This document shows, piece by piece, positions 36,904 to 46,863 of a stretch of DNA of 64,000 bases. Positions within the stretch are counted from its first letter, which is position 1. Each line of letters starts with the position of its first letter. This stretch comes from Leptolyngbyaceae cyanobacterium (GTDB lineage: Bacteria > Cyanobacteriota > Cyanobacteriia > Phormidesmidales > Phormidesmidaceae). The stretch spans positions 1 through 64,000 of the forward strand of contig CBDHHL010000011.1 of assembly GCA_965263355.1 (NCBI GenBank). Direction: 5' to 3'. Under the pieces are notes generated by a model. That model had not been told where the DNA came from and searched no databases. It saw only the letters and a list, made by a program, of their open reading frames with translations. The position numbers and the translations under genes were made by a program.

Positions 36904-38067
36904 ATGAGATACATCATCGAGACATCAGATCAATTTCAAAGTGCGCTTAAAGTTGTTGAGGCAAGCGATCGTATCCTGCTAAAGTCTGGCGTTTATCAAC
37001 ATGAAGAATACAACACTTCATGGGAAACACGGACCCGTGGAAATGCTTTTTTTGCTAGTGGGCTAAAAGGAACAGCCGAAGCACCAATCAAGATAATGCC
37101 GTTTGGGGATGGTCCAGTGACTATAGTCTCTGACACAAATGGTTTAGCAATAAAAAACTCCAATCACGTTTATATCAGTGATATAGAGTTTGCAGGTCAT
37201 AGCCAAGATCTAGACCTAGACTATGCGTTATCTCTATGGTGGGAAGATGCGCCGATCCAAATAACAGGACGGGGCATCGCATTAAACGATTGCTCAAATA
37301 TCAAAATTCAGGGATGTAAGATCCATCATTTCCCCGGTGGGGGCATTACTAACAAGGATGGACACTCTCATCTGATTAAAGGCAACGCAATCTATCATAA
37401 TTGCTGGTATTCAATTTCTGGCAGTCATGGCATTGCCAATAGCCAGCCAAAAGGGCCGCCGGAAACGTTGTATGAAATCTCTGAGAATCTGGTTTTTGGA
37501 AACCAATGCAATGTAATCTCACGAGTATTTTCTAAGGGCTTCGCAACCATGGCCTTAGATGAAGGGAATGGCATTCATTTTCAAAACGATACGGGCATCT
37601 ATCGGGGCAATCTACTGATTAAAGACAATCTCAGTATGTTTAATGGCAAATCTGGAGTTGGCCTGAATACTGTTAAGGGGAATGACAGCCGAATTAATGC
37701 CGTAAAAAACAACACATTTGCTAGCAATGCCCGCACCTGTGATGCAGGCGAGTATACAGAAAAAGATACGACCGCTCAAGTAGTCCGCAATGTAATGGCT
37801 GGGGGACGCCATATAAAGACTATGGGCGATTGCGGCAGCCACTATCAAGGCAATCAATGTCTCGATAGCTTCGCTTCGCTGGATGAACTAATTAATGTTG
37901 AGACGGGCATAAATCCGATAGTTTATGAAGCGCTGATGAACTTTGATATCAAGATTGCGCCGTGCCCCATATCTGTTGATGCTGACTTTATTGAGCAACA
38001 AGCGAAATCGATAGCGGACAGTCAGCCTGATCATATGGCTCATATTGAGCTAGTTGAGCATCAGTAG
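36904..38067 (+). CDS. Right-handed beta-helix (pectate lyase-like) protein
   Basis: Repeats NIKIQGCKIHH, HLIKGNAIYHN, EISENLVFGN and LIKDNLSMFN. Confidence 0.85.
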   Translation: MRYIIETSDQFQSALKVVEASDRILLKSGVYQHEEYNTSWETRTRGNAFFASGLKGTAEAPIKIMPFGDGPVTIVSDTNGLAIKNSNHVYISDIEFAGHSQDLDLDYALSLWWEDAPIQITGRGIALNDCSNIKIQGCKIHHFPGGGITNKDGHSHLIKGNAIYHNCWYSISGSHGIANSQPKGPPETLYEISENLVFGNQCNVISRVFSKGFATMALDEGNGIHFQNDTGIYRGNLLIKDNLSMFNGKSGVGLNTVKGNDSRINAVKNNTFASNARTCDAGEYTEKDTTAQVVRNVMAGGRHIKTMGDCGSHYQGNQCLDSFASLDELINVETGINPIVYEALMNFDIKIAPCPISVDADFIEQQAKSIADSQPDHMAHIELVEHQ

Positions 38068-38146
38068 AAATGCTATGATTGGCAGCAGCTGACAATATTG
38101 GAACTATTGGCAGCTGCTTAACCACAATTTAGAGAACAGCTAAACT

Positions 38147-38926
38147 ATGGCTAATATTACTTTATTCCAATTTGAAGAACATGGGGTACGTTTCGTTGGT
38201 ACTCCTATGCAGCCTGAGTGGATTGCAAAAGATGTGTGCAACGTCCTGGGTTTAGCAAATACAAGTCAGGCGATGAGCAGACTGCCTGACTTAGAAAAGG
38301 GTATATATATTAGTGATACCCTTGGTGGACCCCAAGAGTTGCTGACAATAAAAGAGTCTGGGTTATACAGACTCATGTTTACCAGTAGAAAAGATGTGGC
38401 CAAAAGGTTCTCATCCTGGGTCACCCAAGAAGTTTTGCCGCAAATCAGAAAAACGGGATCTTATTCTGTCGCAGATTCAAGCCTGGAAACAGTCCCAGAT
38501 ATTCCTCAAATAAAAGAAGCTGCGTTGATGTACAGAGAGATATACGGCGAAGCGTACGCGCAATCATACGCGGATCAAAAGATGCGCAAGTTTTATCCTG
38601 CACTTGCTGGCGAGCCAGCTCCAGCCAAAGAACGGTCATCTCTCAAGTCTGCCGAAGCACTTCTCACGCCTACTCAAATCGCTAAAGAGCTAGGTTTCAA
38701 ATACAAAACAGGCAATCCCAATCCTCAGGCGGTTAATACCATGCTGGCAACGTTGGGCTATCAAGAAAAGATTGACAACAAATGGTCTGCCACCGAGAAA
38801 GGTAAACCTTACAGCGATCGCAAGCCAGTCTCAACCAATAGCAGGTCAGATAAAGACCAACTCTTTTGGTATCGCTCAATTCTGGATGTGCTAAAGAGCG
38901 ATTCTGAAACATTGGAGGCCGCTTAG
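38147..38926 (+). CDS. BRO-N domain antirepressor
   Basis: PEWIAKDVCNVLGL...ESGLYRL...AKRFSSWVTQEVLPQIRKTGSY. Confidence 0.92.
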   Translation: MANITLFQFEEHGVRFVGTPMQPEWIAKDVCNVLGLANTSQAMSRLPDLEKGIYISDTLGGPQELLTIKESGLYRLMFTSRKDVAKRFSSWVTQEVLPQIRKTGSYSVADSSLETVPDIPQIKEAALMYREIYGEAYAQSYADQKMRKFYPALAGEPAPAKERSSLKSAEALLTPTQIAKELGFKYKTGNPNPQAVNTMLATLGYQEKIDNKWSATEKGKPYSDRKPVSTNSRSDKDQLFWYRSILDVLKSDSETLEAA

Positions 38927-38928
38927 TC

Positions 38929-39273
38929 ATGACCAATTTAGACAGAATACAGCATTTAGTTTTTGAGTTTGACGAATGGTTGAGTGAAGCTAGCGAGAAT
39001 GCCATACGCCAAAACTGTCGAGAACAGGGATCGGTTTTCTTCAAATTCATTGAAAATCGTGGCGTTTCTCGCGGGTGGGCAGCCAAGCTAATCCAAGTTG
39101 CAACTGGCTATAACGCTGCTGTTATTTGGCAAATCGCTAGTGTAGATCAAGTTCGCGAAGCATTGAACAGCTACTATCTAAGCATAAAAGGCATAGAGTA
39201 CGAGGAGCTTGATTCAGGGAGAGGATTGAACGCACGACAAACCCGCGATATTGTTCGTAAGTTTTGGAATTGA
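38929..39273 (+). CDS. Hypothetical protein
   Basis: 114 aa; GGAGG SD. Confidence 0.65.
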   Translation: MTNLDRIQHLVFEFDEWLSEASENAIRQNCREQGSVFFKFIENRGVSRGWAAKLIQVATGYNAAVIWQIASVDQVREALNSYYLSIKGIEYEELDSGRGLNARQTRDIVRKFWN

Positions 39274-39276
39274 AAA

Positions 39277-39696
39277 ATGAACTTAATCACTAAATTTGAT
39301 GCTGCTTATAAAGGCGTAAACCAGCCGATGCCAGACCTCGACGCCTATATTTCAGGCGATGAATCAAAACAACAAGCAACAGACTTTAGCTCATTTGAAT
39401 TGCCTGAATCTGTAGCACTAGAAATGCTGAATGCAGAAGAGACTTATTGGGGGCATTACGGCTGGTTTGATGCCTGTATGGATGCAATTTATCAGCTAGC
39501 CAGTGATGGCGAATATGCCAAAGCACAACAACATGCACAATGGCTTTTTGCCCGTAAACCTCAAGGTCTTGAGAAAATGCCAGGGTATTCAAAGCTAACT
39601 GAATATATCAATGGGATATTCCCTACAGATGAATTCGAAAAACGCAATGCTATGGCACAGATGCTCAAAACACGCATATTCGAAGAGGAGGAGTAA
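39277..39696 (+). CDS. Hypothetical protein
   Basis: 139 aa within operon. Confidence 0.65.
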   Translation: MNLITKFDAAYKGVNQPMPDLDAYISGDESKQQATDFSSFELPESVALEMLNAEETYWGHYGWFDACMDAIYQLASDGEYAKAQQHAQWLFARKPQGLEKMPGYSKLTEYINGIFPTDEFEKRNAMAQMLKTRIFEEEE

Positions 39697-39701
39697 TTGT
39701 C

Positions 39702-40190
39702 ATGAATAAGCCGGATTTAATTGTTTGCATCCCTGACATGGATCGAATCCCTGACGAGCTTTACGATGAAGCTCAAGACATGACTTGTGTTTTAGTAGAC
39801 TACAGCGGCAATTCAAAAATTAAAAACGGACGACGCATGGGGACTGAAAAGAAAATAGACCCTGACAGCGTAGATCCTAGGTTCCCCGGCGCGCCTACTC
39901 ATCAACGTTTGGGACCATGGCTAATTGATGATGAGTATGAAGAATATATTCCTGATATTCCTATGGTCAATGATGACTATGTAGAATATATTCCTGCTAT
40001 CCCTACTCACGCATACAATGCAGTCTATACGTTTAAGTTTAGCTATGCCCCATTGCCAGATAAAGAGAACCCATGGGTAAAAATCGAGCGGACGCAAGAC
40101 TTAAGCAATCTTCCAAGGCAAGTTTTGCTTGATATGGGCTTATCAGAAGAACAGATTGATTCGGGCGTGTTAGAGCAGTACAAACTTTAG
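39702..40190 (+). CDS. Hypothetical protein
   Basis: 162 aa; short internal duplication DDEYEEYIPDIP / DDYVEYIPAIP. Confidence 0.7.
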   Translation: MNKPDLIVCIPDMDRIPDELYDEAQDMTCVLVDYSGNSKIKNGRRMGTEKKIDPDSVDPRFPGAPTHQRLGPWLIDDEYEEYIPDIPMVNDDYVEYIPAIPTHAYNAVYTFKFSYAPLPDKENPWVKIERTQDLSNLPRQVLLDMGLSEEQIDSGVLEQYKL

Positions 40191-40204
40191 AGCTTAGCGG
40201 ACAT

Positions 40205-40255
40205 AAAACAAAAAACCTCGCTAATCAAGAAAAGGTTAGCGAGGTTTTTTGTTTT
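40205..40255. terminator. Bidirectional intrinsic terminator
   Basis: AAAACAAAAAACCTCGCTAA...TTAGCGAGGTTTTTTGTTTT between convergent genes. Confidence 0.85.
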
Positions 40256-40514
40256 ATGCTGCCTTAACTTTACGTTCAGCGCGAATTTCTTTTTTATATC
40301 GCTTACAAAATGCCCCGTTAAACTTACGAAGAGAGTTAAATGCATTGCCATAAGCGATTTTAGCTTCCTGCCAACCGACCATGGCCTTTGTAGATGCAGG
40401 TGTTAACCCATTGGCTTCTCTTGGATATTCGTTAAGTTTTTTGCTAGCTGCTTTTACTTGTTCCTCTAGAACGTTTTTAGCGGCTTTGTCAATGCAATAG
40501 TTGCCAGTCAACAT
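40254..40514 (-). CDS. Small phage protein
   Basis: NGLTP...W..AK..Y..AF..LRKFN; likely ATG at 40514. Confidence 0.7.
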   Translation of the reverse strand: MLTGNYCIDKAAKNVLEEQVKAASKKLNEYPREANGLTPASTKAMVGWQEAKIAYGNAFNSLRKFNGAFCKRYKKEIRAERKVKAA

Positions 40515-40532
40515 AATCTTTTTCTCTCTCAA

Positions 40533-40593
40533 CTACTCTTCTAATATACCCTCACTCTTTGTCACAATACAACCCCCTGTCATTCATCCGTAC
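40533..40593 (-). repeat. 61-bp promoter-containing repeat, copy 1
   Basis: 58/61 identical to 41286-41346; TTGTAT-18-TATATT on minus strand. Confidence 0.85.
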
Positions 40594-40867
40594 GTTTTGC
40601 TGCCCTACTTTTCCGCTTTCTAAGCGTTGCTGCTGACGGGTCATCGACTGGGGGCCTACCGCCTACGGTTTTCCCTGGGGTATGGCAGCGCTTGCATACG
40701 GTGCATTTATACTGCTGTCTGCCTGACTTCAGTACTTTGTTTTTTTGTGTCTTTCCCTGACAGTGTGGGCACTGTGGGTTAAGCGTTTTTGGTATTGGTG
40801 ACATGGGGTTTCGCTCAAAGATTGAGCTTATTTTAATATCGTCAATGCTACAAGGGTTTTTTGCCAT
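40580..40867 (-). CDS. Zinc-ribbon protein (IS1 InsA-like N-terminal domain)
   Basis: CPHC...KN....GRQQYKCTVC with basic tail; start uncertain. Confidence 0.65.
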   Translation of the reverse strand: MAKNPCSIDDIKISSIFERNPMSPIPKTLNPQCPHCQGKTQKNKVLKSGRQQYKCTVCKRCHTPGKTVGGRPPVDDPSAATLRKRKSRAAKRTDE

Positions 40868-40922
40868 GGGGTGATGAGTAGGCGAACGGCAAAAGCCCCA
40901 TCAGGGGGCTGATGCAAATTGG

Positions 40923-41270
40923 CTATTCATAAGTAGGAAATCTTATTTGAAGAAAATCATTAAAGTCTTCATCAGTAGGCTTAACCCACAGGTCAAAACA
41001 AGAATTATTATCAGCATTTTTAAGCGTCATTTCAGCTATCCTGGCCGCAGATCTTATACTCCAGCCATGCTGAAGATCATCAAAATCAAGACCTTCTATG
41101 ATCTCCTCATCATTCTTGATAGAAAGAAAACCATCACAATGAATAACCTCCCAAACCTCAAAGTTAGCCGCATCGATATAGTACAAAAAATCACCTACAG
41201 ACAAAAGATGCCCATTTTTCTCTACCTCACTCATCAATTCTTCTTTCATGCTTGCTGACATTAAATTCAT
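40923..41270 (-). CDS. Hypothetical protein
   Basis: 115 aa acidic; downstream of repeat copy 2. Confidence 0.7.
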   Translation of the reverse strand: MNLMSASMKEELMSEVEKNGHLLSVGDFLYYIDAANFEVWEVIHCDGFLSIKNDEEIIEGLDFDDLQHGWSIRSAARIAEMTLKNADNNSCFDLWVKPTDEDFNDFLQIRFPTYE

Positions 41271-41285
41271 TTTTTCTCTCGCTTG

Positions 41286-41346
41286 CTACCCTTCTAATAT
41301 ACCCTCACCCTTTGTCACAATACAACCCCCTGTCATTTATCCGTAC
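41286..41346 (-). repeat. 61-bp promoter-containing repeat, copy 2
   Basis: 58/61 identical to 40533-40593. Confidence 0.85.
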
Positions 41347-41477
41347 ATTGGGCATGACTACCTGGAAAATTTTTTGTTAGTAATTTCTTTTGCCAAAAAT
41401 GACCGCAACTGAAAACCTTGGTCTATTGCTGTCAGCATTGGAAGCTTGATACAATGCTGTCAGCACCCTAACAGTCC

Positions 41478-43052
41478 ATGGTCGCACCAAGCCTAAGCCT
41501 AACCCAGTTCTATCCCACGTTCACGGGTCGCACCCTGGCCAATACGATCAGGACTGATTTAGTGACGACGGGTTTTGATGTTTCGAATGATGGGGCTCGC
41601 ATCGCGGGCACTGCGACCAATGGGAATAGTAATTATATTGAACTTTTATTAGATAATCCCATTAATGCAACGGGCATAATTTTCAAAGTCTTTATGCAGA
41701 CGGCTTATCGGACCCAAAATATTCAGGTAGGGCTAGGGTCTGGACCAGATATCTATCAGTTATGGCAAACGCCAACAGACCCTAGAATCTTTTTCCGTCT
41801 GCATGACCTGTTAATTGATGTAAGACAGCCCCCTGTATACCCAGCTGTAGGGGCGTTTAATATTACAGCCGTTGATAGAATCCGGTTGAATTTTGACGCG
41901 ATCTCATCTGCGACTAACGCGAATCTAGTTCGATTTGAAGGTATCCCTTATTACTTTGACGGAGATACGGAAGGGGTCCAGTTGATTGATGGCGACATTG
42001 GAAACCCGCTTAGTTTTGCTGCGTTATATGCGGCGTTAGAGGCATATAACGTGTTTGCGATCGCGTCACGAATCACCCCGCTTAACACGTTTCTAGGCAC
42101 TAACAGTATGCAGTTTGTCGCGCCTGTGACGATGGGCAGCGCTGGGACAACTGCAGTAAGTCAAAACCCGTCTACGCTTATATTTTCAAGCACGCCAAAC
42201 AACGCAAACAACAACAATATAGACAACAGTACGAACCTGATTGAATCGGCATTTAGGGCTAGGTTTTCAGGGCTAACGGCACCTGATAGGACATTTCAAA
42301 ACCTGAATATGCCGTTTTTATGGGCAGATGAGGGGGGCGGGAATACATGGCCCAGATTGGTTTTGATTGGCCCATCTGCTGTCAATCTGGGGACTAGTGA
42401 TTATCAAGGCGCTCGAATCCAGGCGGGAAGCGGGTTGACCAGTGGAGGAAATAATATTGTGATTGAATGGTTGGACTCAACAGCACCAACCGTTTACGAG
42501 TGGAACGGCACTGCCAACCTAGCTGGCTCGACGTTCAATAGTCCAGCCAGCACTTATTACATAGATATCCCGGCTAGTTTAGGGACAGTGACCCTGGATG
42601 TAAGCGATGTTAATTTTACGACAAGACCCACGGGTGATCGTGTTTTTAGAGCAGCGCCGGGAATTGGGGAGACGGTAACGATCCGGGCTGCTGCTAGCGC
42701 TGCGTTTACTGTAGCTGCAAATGTGCAGAATGATGGGGCGGGTACTGTTGAAATTCTTGCACCACAAGTTACTTTAACTATTCAGGGCATTCCTGCAGGG
42801 GGGATTTTTACAATCTGGGATGACGAAGATCCAGACCCACAAGATCTAGGGACATTGTTGCAAGAAACTAGTCCTACTACAGGGGCTGATATTACTTATG
42901 TTGGCAGTAGTGGTAACGCTTTGATTTTGCAGTTTGTCCCTAATACGGGGGATAGCGCCCAGTACGAAGAATTTAATTTCCCGTTTACGTTCCCAGCTGC
43001 ATCACAAAATTTAGACCTGTCAACACAATTAGAACTGGAGAATAGTTTGTAA
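41478..43052 (+). CDS. Putative virion structural protein
   Basis: 524 aa, T/N/G-rich, almost no Lys; first of a coupled six-gene operon. Confidence 0.65.
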   Translation: MVAPSLSLTQFYPTFTGRTLANTIRTDLVTTGFDVSNDGARIAGTATNGNSNYIELLLDNPINATGIIFKVFMQTAYRTQNIQVGLGSGPDIYQLWQTPTDPRIFFRLHDLLIDVRQPPVYPAVGAFNITAVDRIRLNFDAISSATNANLVRFEGIPYYFDGDTEGVQLIDGDIGNPLSFAALYAALEAYNVFAIASRITPLNTFLGTNSMQFVAPVTMGSAGTTAVSQNPSTLIFSSTPNNANNNNIDNSTNLIESAFRARFSGLTAPDRTFQNLNMPFLWADEGGGNTWPRLVLIGPSAVNLGTSDYQGARIQAGSGLTSGGNNIVIEWLDSTAPTVYEWNGTANLAGSTFNSPASTYYIDIPASLGTVTLDVSDVNFTTRPTGDRVFRAAPGIGETVTIRAAASAAFTVAANVQNDGAGTVEILAPQVTLTIQGIPAGGIFTIWDDEDPDPQDLGTLLQETSPTTGADITYVGSSGNALILQFVPNTGDSAQYEEFNFPFTFPAASQNLDLSTQLELENSL

Positions 43053-44572
43053 TGGCACCCCCCCAGCTGATTACTTTAGCAAATCAAGCCACTTTATTAG
43101 TTGAGTCTAGCCAGGGACGGGCGGGCACTCCAGACGGGAATATTTTTTTTGATACAGCAAACGACAGAATTGAAATTATCACTTTAGAGGAACTAGCTAA
43201 TGTTGATTTGGGTTCCGGTGCTGAGGCCAATCCATTAACCAATGATTTTGGGATTACATTGCAGGCACTTTATGCGTTTGAGAGGCGTAGCCGACGAACA
43301 AGTTTAGCGCTAAGAAATTTCTTGCCCGGTATTGACGGCGTATTCCAAGATGCGGGCGCTTGGACATTTGAAGCAGGAATAAAATTAGCAGCCGATGCCA
43401 ATACTTCAACTGGAGATGACAGGACGAAGATTAGAAGTTCTGGTTGGAGGGAATTGGCAGCCAACGACAGTATCGACCGCATTTACTTTGGCGCACGTTC
43501 ACTAAACGATATCCAGCCGACATCACAACCATACATTCAGATTGCAGCAAGTACTTCAGAAGCCGATTTGCTAGCGGCTGCCCCTGTTGACGCGGCAAGG
43601 ACTGGACCACTAGACCAAGCTTTCCAAACGTTTGGCTCTACTGCAAACGGTGATGCAGCAGCGGGTGATTTTGACTTCACAACCAGTCGGATCTTTGTAG
43701 CCAGGGTGAGAACATTTGGCTTTACTCAGGGCGGTGCAACCAGTGCTAGTTCAGGTGTTTCTCGACTGCAAAGTTTCTCAGCTGGATTTGGTGTTGGTGA
43801 AAGTACAAGTCCGGTTAACGCCTTTACTGAGGCTGATGTATTTGGTGGCGCTGCTATTGCTCCATTTACTGGGATGCTGTTCAGCCGTAATGCAGCTCCA
43901 ACAACTCAGACTGGATTTAACGAAGGTAATGGCGACTTTACCGATTCTCTTAGTAACTCTGGTGGAGGTTCGTTGTTACAAATCAGAGCACGCCTTGATG
44001 CTTTGATGCGGCAAGATACGGATATTGATCAGAATGGAAACGGGATTCTAGCAAAACGAATTGACCCGTTATACACGGTCGACGATCAAGGTCGATTGGT
44101 AACCAAGCAAGGGCTGTTTATTGAAAACGTCCCTGCATCTGATCAACAGTCAGTTGTTTTTACAGCCGATGACGGCAGCATTCGAACCTATCCATTTACA
44201 GTGCAGGTCGATGTCTCTGTCTCGGATGCATGGCAGGCAGATCCAAATGCTTGGTATCGGTGCATGTTTGCTGATGGTGCGGGGGCAAACGACTTTGATA
44301 CTTCTAATGCTGTCATTGTCAATGATTCAGCCAACAATCCAGTAGAGGGAACGTCAGCTGATGCGATCGGCGTAGCTGGTTCTTACTTAATCCGTTTCAC
44401 ATTTGACTATGACGGCAACACTCAAGCCGGTCTAGCCGCTGGGATTGATAAAGCGGTTGTATTCCTGGCTGAAGGAGACGGAGGGGCGCAAGCTGCTAAT
44501 GCACAATTTACAATTGTGAGGCAGGCTGTTGTTACGGCACAGGCACTATCTGAAGTGGAAACTAATCTGTAA
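43052..44572 (+). CDS. Putative virion structural protein
   Basis: 506 aa; GITLQALY motif; TAATG coupling. Confidence 0.65.
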   Translation: MAPPQLITLANQATLLVESSQGRAGTPDGNIFFDTANDRIEIITLEELANVDLGSGAEANPLTNDFGITLQALYAFERRSRRTSLALRNFLPGIDGVFQDAGAWTFEAGIKLAADANTSTGDDRTKIRSSGWRELAANDSIDRIYFGARSLNDIQPTSQPYIQIAASTSEADLLAAAPVDAARTGPLDQAFQTFGSTANGDAAAGDFDFTTSRIFVARVRTFGFTQGGATSASSGVSRLQSFSAGFGVGESTSPVNAFTEADVFGGAAIAPFTGMLFSRNAAPTTQTGFNEGNGDFTDSLSNSGGGSLLQIRARLDALMRQDTDIDQNGNGILAKRIDPLYTVDDQGRLVTKQGLFIENVPASDQQSVVFTADDGSIRTYPFTVQVDVSVSDAWQADPNAWYRCMFADGAGANDFDTSNAVIVNDSANNPVEGTSADAIGVAGSYLIRFTFDYDGNTQAGLAAGIDKAVVFLAEGDGGAQAANAQFTIVRQAVVTAQALSEVETNL

Positions 44573-44892
44573 TGAAAACTGTACTTAGGCCCTATTCGAT
44601 CACTATTGACTCAGTAAAGCCCGGTAAACCACCACTGGTTTCTATCAAGTTACAGCAGCTTACGATGGCAGACGGTGAAATAAAAAGTATCTCAGGGAGT
44701 GAGAACGCTATTTATAAAAATGCCGAGGATTGCTTGGCTCAAACTCTAGAGTTCAAAGACCCTGTGACTGGAATTGAAGGGCAAATCAGTGTAGCAGGTG
44801 TCGCTCAAGTCGTGACTAAGCTTGCCGTTCAATGGTCGCAAGAAAAGTTAAACTCTCAAATAGACCCAGAAACAGGCTGGCTACTTGATTAA
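44572..44892 (+). CDS. Hypothetical protein
   Basis: TAATG coupling. Confidence 0.65.
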   Translation: MKTVLRPYSITIDSVKPGKPPLVSIKLQQLTMADGEIKSISGSENAIYKNAEDCLAQTLEFKDPVTGIEGQISVAGVAQVVTKLAVQWSQEKLNSQIDPETGWLLD

Positions 44893-45557
44893 TGCCTTTA
44901 ATCGCGTCAGAAGATTATCCTAATAAGCTCATTTACCTGGGGGCTGATTCCGTAGGGGTGGAAGTGTTGCCGATTGATATTTATAAAGAACATCGTGAGC
45001 GTAGACGATTAAATGCAAACGGGGAACGCAATTTCTTTCCTATGGTTGATGCGTTCGGCAATGACCAGATTGGGCCTACAAAATTCACTCCTCGGTTCGT
45101 AAATTTAGCCAATGGCGCAAGAATAGTACCGTTTGATACAACTCACACTTTAGTAATACGCGGGTCACTGGTTAGCACATCTGAAGGCATTGAGGGGCCA
45201 GAACTGTTTAATAAAGCTCCTATTTTATCTAGCGTCGATATTGACTATCAACCGCCACAGGTTGAGGTAATACAAGCCGGATCAGGTCTTGACGATACCG
45301 AGAGAGAACAACTAGCTAACCTTGCCAGCCTAATAGAGCTAGGCCCCAATGGCACTGATTATCAACTATCAGAGGTTGCTTTATGGCAGGTTATCAGGCA
45401 AATGATCGCTAACGAAGCCCGAAACCTAGTCCTAAACACATTTCAAAAAACAGTTCCAGCCACGGGCGGGCCATACCCTGAAGCATCGGGCACCGTTGTT
45501 CTAAGTAAAATCGTTACAGGCGATATTGACGGTGATCAATTGGGGCTGACAGACTGA
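44892..45557 (+). CDS. Putative virion protein
   Basis: IDIYKEHRERR...G.RIVP; coupled. Confidence 0.65.
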   Translation: MPLIASEDYPNKLIYLGADSVGVEVLPIDIYKEHRERRRLNANGERNFFPMVDAFGNDQIGPTKFTPRFVNLANGARIVPFDTTHTLVIRGSLVSTSEGIEGPELFNKAPILSSVDIDYQPPQVEVIQAGSGLDDTEREQLANLASLIELGPNGTDYQLSEVALWQVIRQMIANEARNLVLNTFQKTVPATGGPYPEASGTVVLSKIVTGDIDGDQLGLTD

Positions 45558-45799
45558 TGCACAATTCTTTCTACTGGCGACGTGGCGTCGAGACAACAAC
45601 CCCTGGTACGGGCACGGGTGGCCCATGCTACGACATCACAGGCACCATAGAAACCCCTAGCACTGTGACGGGCACGATCGCGCAGAATATAATCAGAATG
45701 GAATTATCGCCCGTTCCATTCACTGGACTAATCAATTTAGAACCAGCTGTGGGGACGGTTCCCGATGAAAACACAATCACTGGTGAGGTGGATTGCTAA
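45557..45799 (+). CDS. Small structural protein candidate
   Basis: Repeated ITGTI/VTGTI/ITGEV; coupled. Confidence 0.55.
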   Translation: MHNSFYWRRGVETTTPGTGTGGPCYDITGTIETPSTVTGTIAQNIIRMELSPVPFTGLINLEPAVGTVPDENTITGEVDC

Positions 45800-46243
45800 A
45801 TGACCATTACCTTAAACTATCCTAGTCCCCTCCAAGCCGGAAACAGCTGGGCGTTCACGGTATTAATCACAGCACCTGACGATGTAACGATCTACCAGAG
45901 TGCGATCGCATTTTTAATTAGCCCATATTCAACCAGCTCGGTTGCGGGGGCCACGATGGTTCCCCTGACTGGCTACGTCACAATGCTATTAACAGCAACG
46001 GCCAACGCTAGAGAGTTTACTGGGACTGCGACATTATCACAGGCAGAAACGTCTAAGTTATTGGCCGTTGCTAATGAGCCATTGTCTGGGCTCAAAGAAA
46101 CTGAAGTTGAAATGATAGCGATCGTTTACCAGGGGACAGTTTCACCAGTGCCAGGGACAGACCAGGGCGAGACGATGAAGACTGATGCGATCACCCCGTT
46201 TATTGCCCCTGGGATGAGTACGACGTTACAGCAAGCGGTTTAA
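45800..46243 (+). CDS. Baseplate/adaptor-like (BppU-N-like) protein candidate
   Basis: LQAGNSWAFTVLI...TLSQAETSKL. Confidence 0.45.
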   Translation: MTITLNYPSPLQAGNSWAFTVLITAPDDVTIYQSAIAFLISPYSTSSVAGATMVPLTGYVTMLLTATANAREFTGTATLSQAETSKLLAVANEPLSGLKETEVEMIAIVYQGTVSPVPGTDQGETMKTDAITPFIAPGMSTTLQQAV

Positions 46244-46779
46244 GCCTTGATTGGCCAGTCAGACCAATCAAGTGTTAATGTGCGATTCGATTCACTGTAA
46301 GCCCAATAGTTCTCATTAAATTTACGGGTGAATTTTTCCAGCGCAAAATCAATCACGCATAGCCCGACAGAATGCTTTTCTGGGTTGAACCATCGACATT
46401 CACTAAACATTCGAAACAATCCAACGTTCCAAAATAGCCACCAATCAATTGCAGACTGAAGTAAATCAACCTCTGTATCTGCTTCCCCGCGATAATCAAC
46501 ATCTTCATAGCACATGTCATACACGGACTCCATGGCATATTCTAGGACGTGTTCAGCTTTAATCCAGCCGGGTTCTAGCGAATCGTCTTTAGCTTCTAAA
46601 AAATTCTCAAAAAGACTCTCGACTATGTCTTCAGCTGAAAAAACACAACCGTAAACCTTTCTTGATGCGTTGACAGTTAGAGGTAATTCGTCAATATGGC
46701 CGCATTCAAATTTGCAAAATAAGTCTTCTTGATCTCGGTGAAAATTTCCGTTATGCCAGATGTTTTGTATGTTTTTCAT
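46240..46779 (-). CDS. Hypothetical protein
   Basis: 179 aa acidic; AGGTAGG SD. Confidence 0.65.
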   Translation of the reverse strand: MKNIQNIWHNGNFHRDQEDLFCKFECGHIDELPLTVNASRKVYGCVFSAEDIVESLFENFLEAKDDSLEPGWIKAEHVLEYAMESVYDMCYEDVDYRGEADTEVDLLQSAIDWWLFWNVGLFRMFSECRWFNPEKHSVGLCVIDFALEKFTRKFNENYWAYSESNRTLTLDWSDWPIKA

Positions 46780-46863
46780 TTAACCTACCTTACCTCCAAT
46801 TAACGCCTAAATTCTTCGCTTCTGTCCAATATTTAGGCAGCGTTTTAAGCGCAGTTAAACTCC

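Noticed and set aside
40580..40867. Complete IS1 element
   Set aside because: No catalytic insB frame or terminal inverted repeats seen
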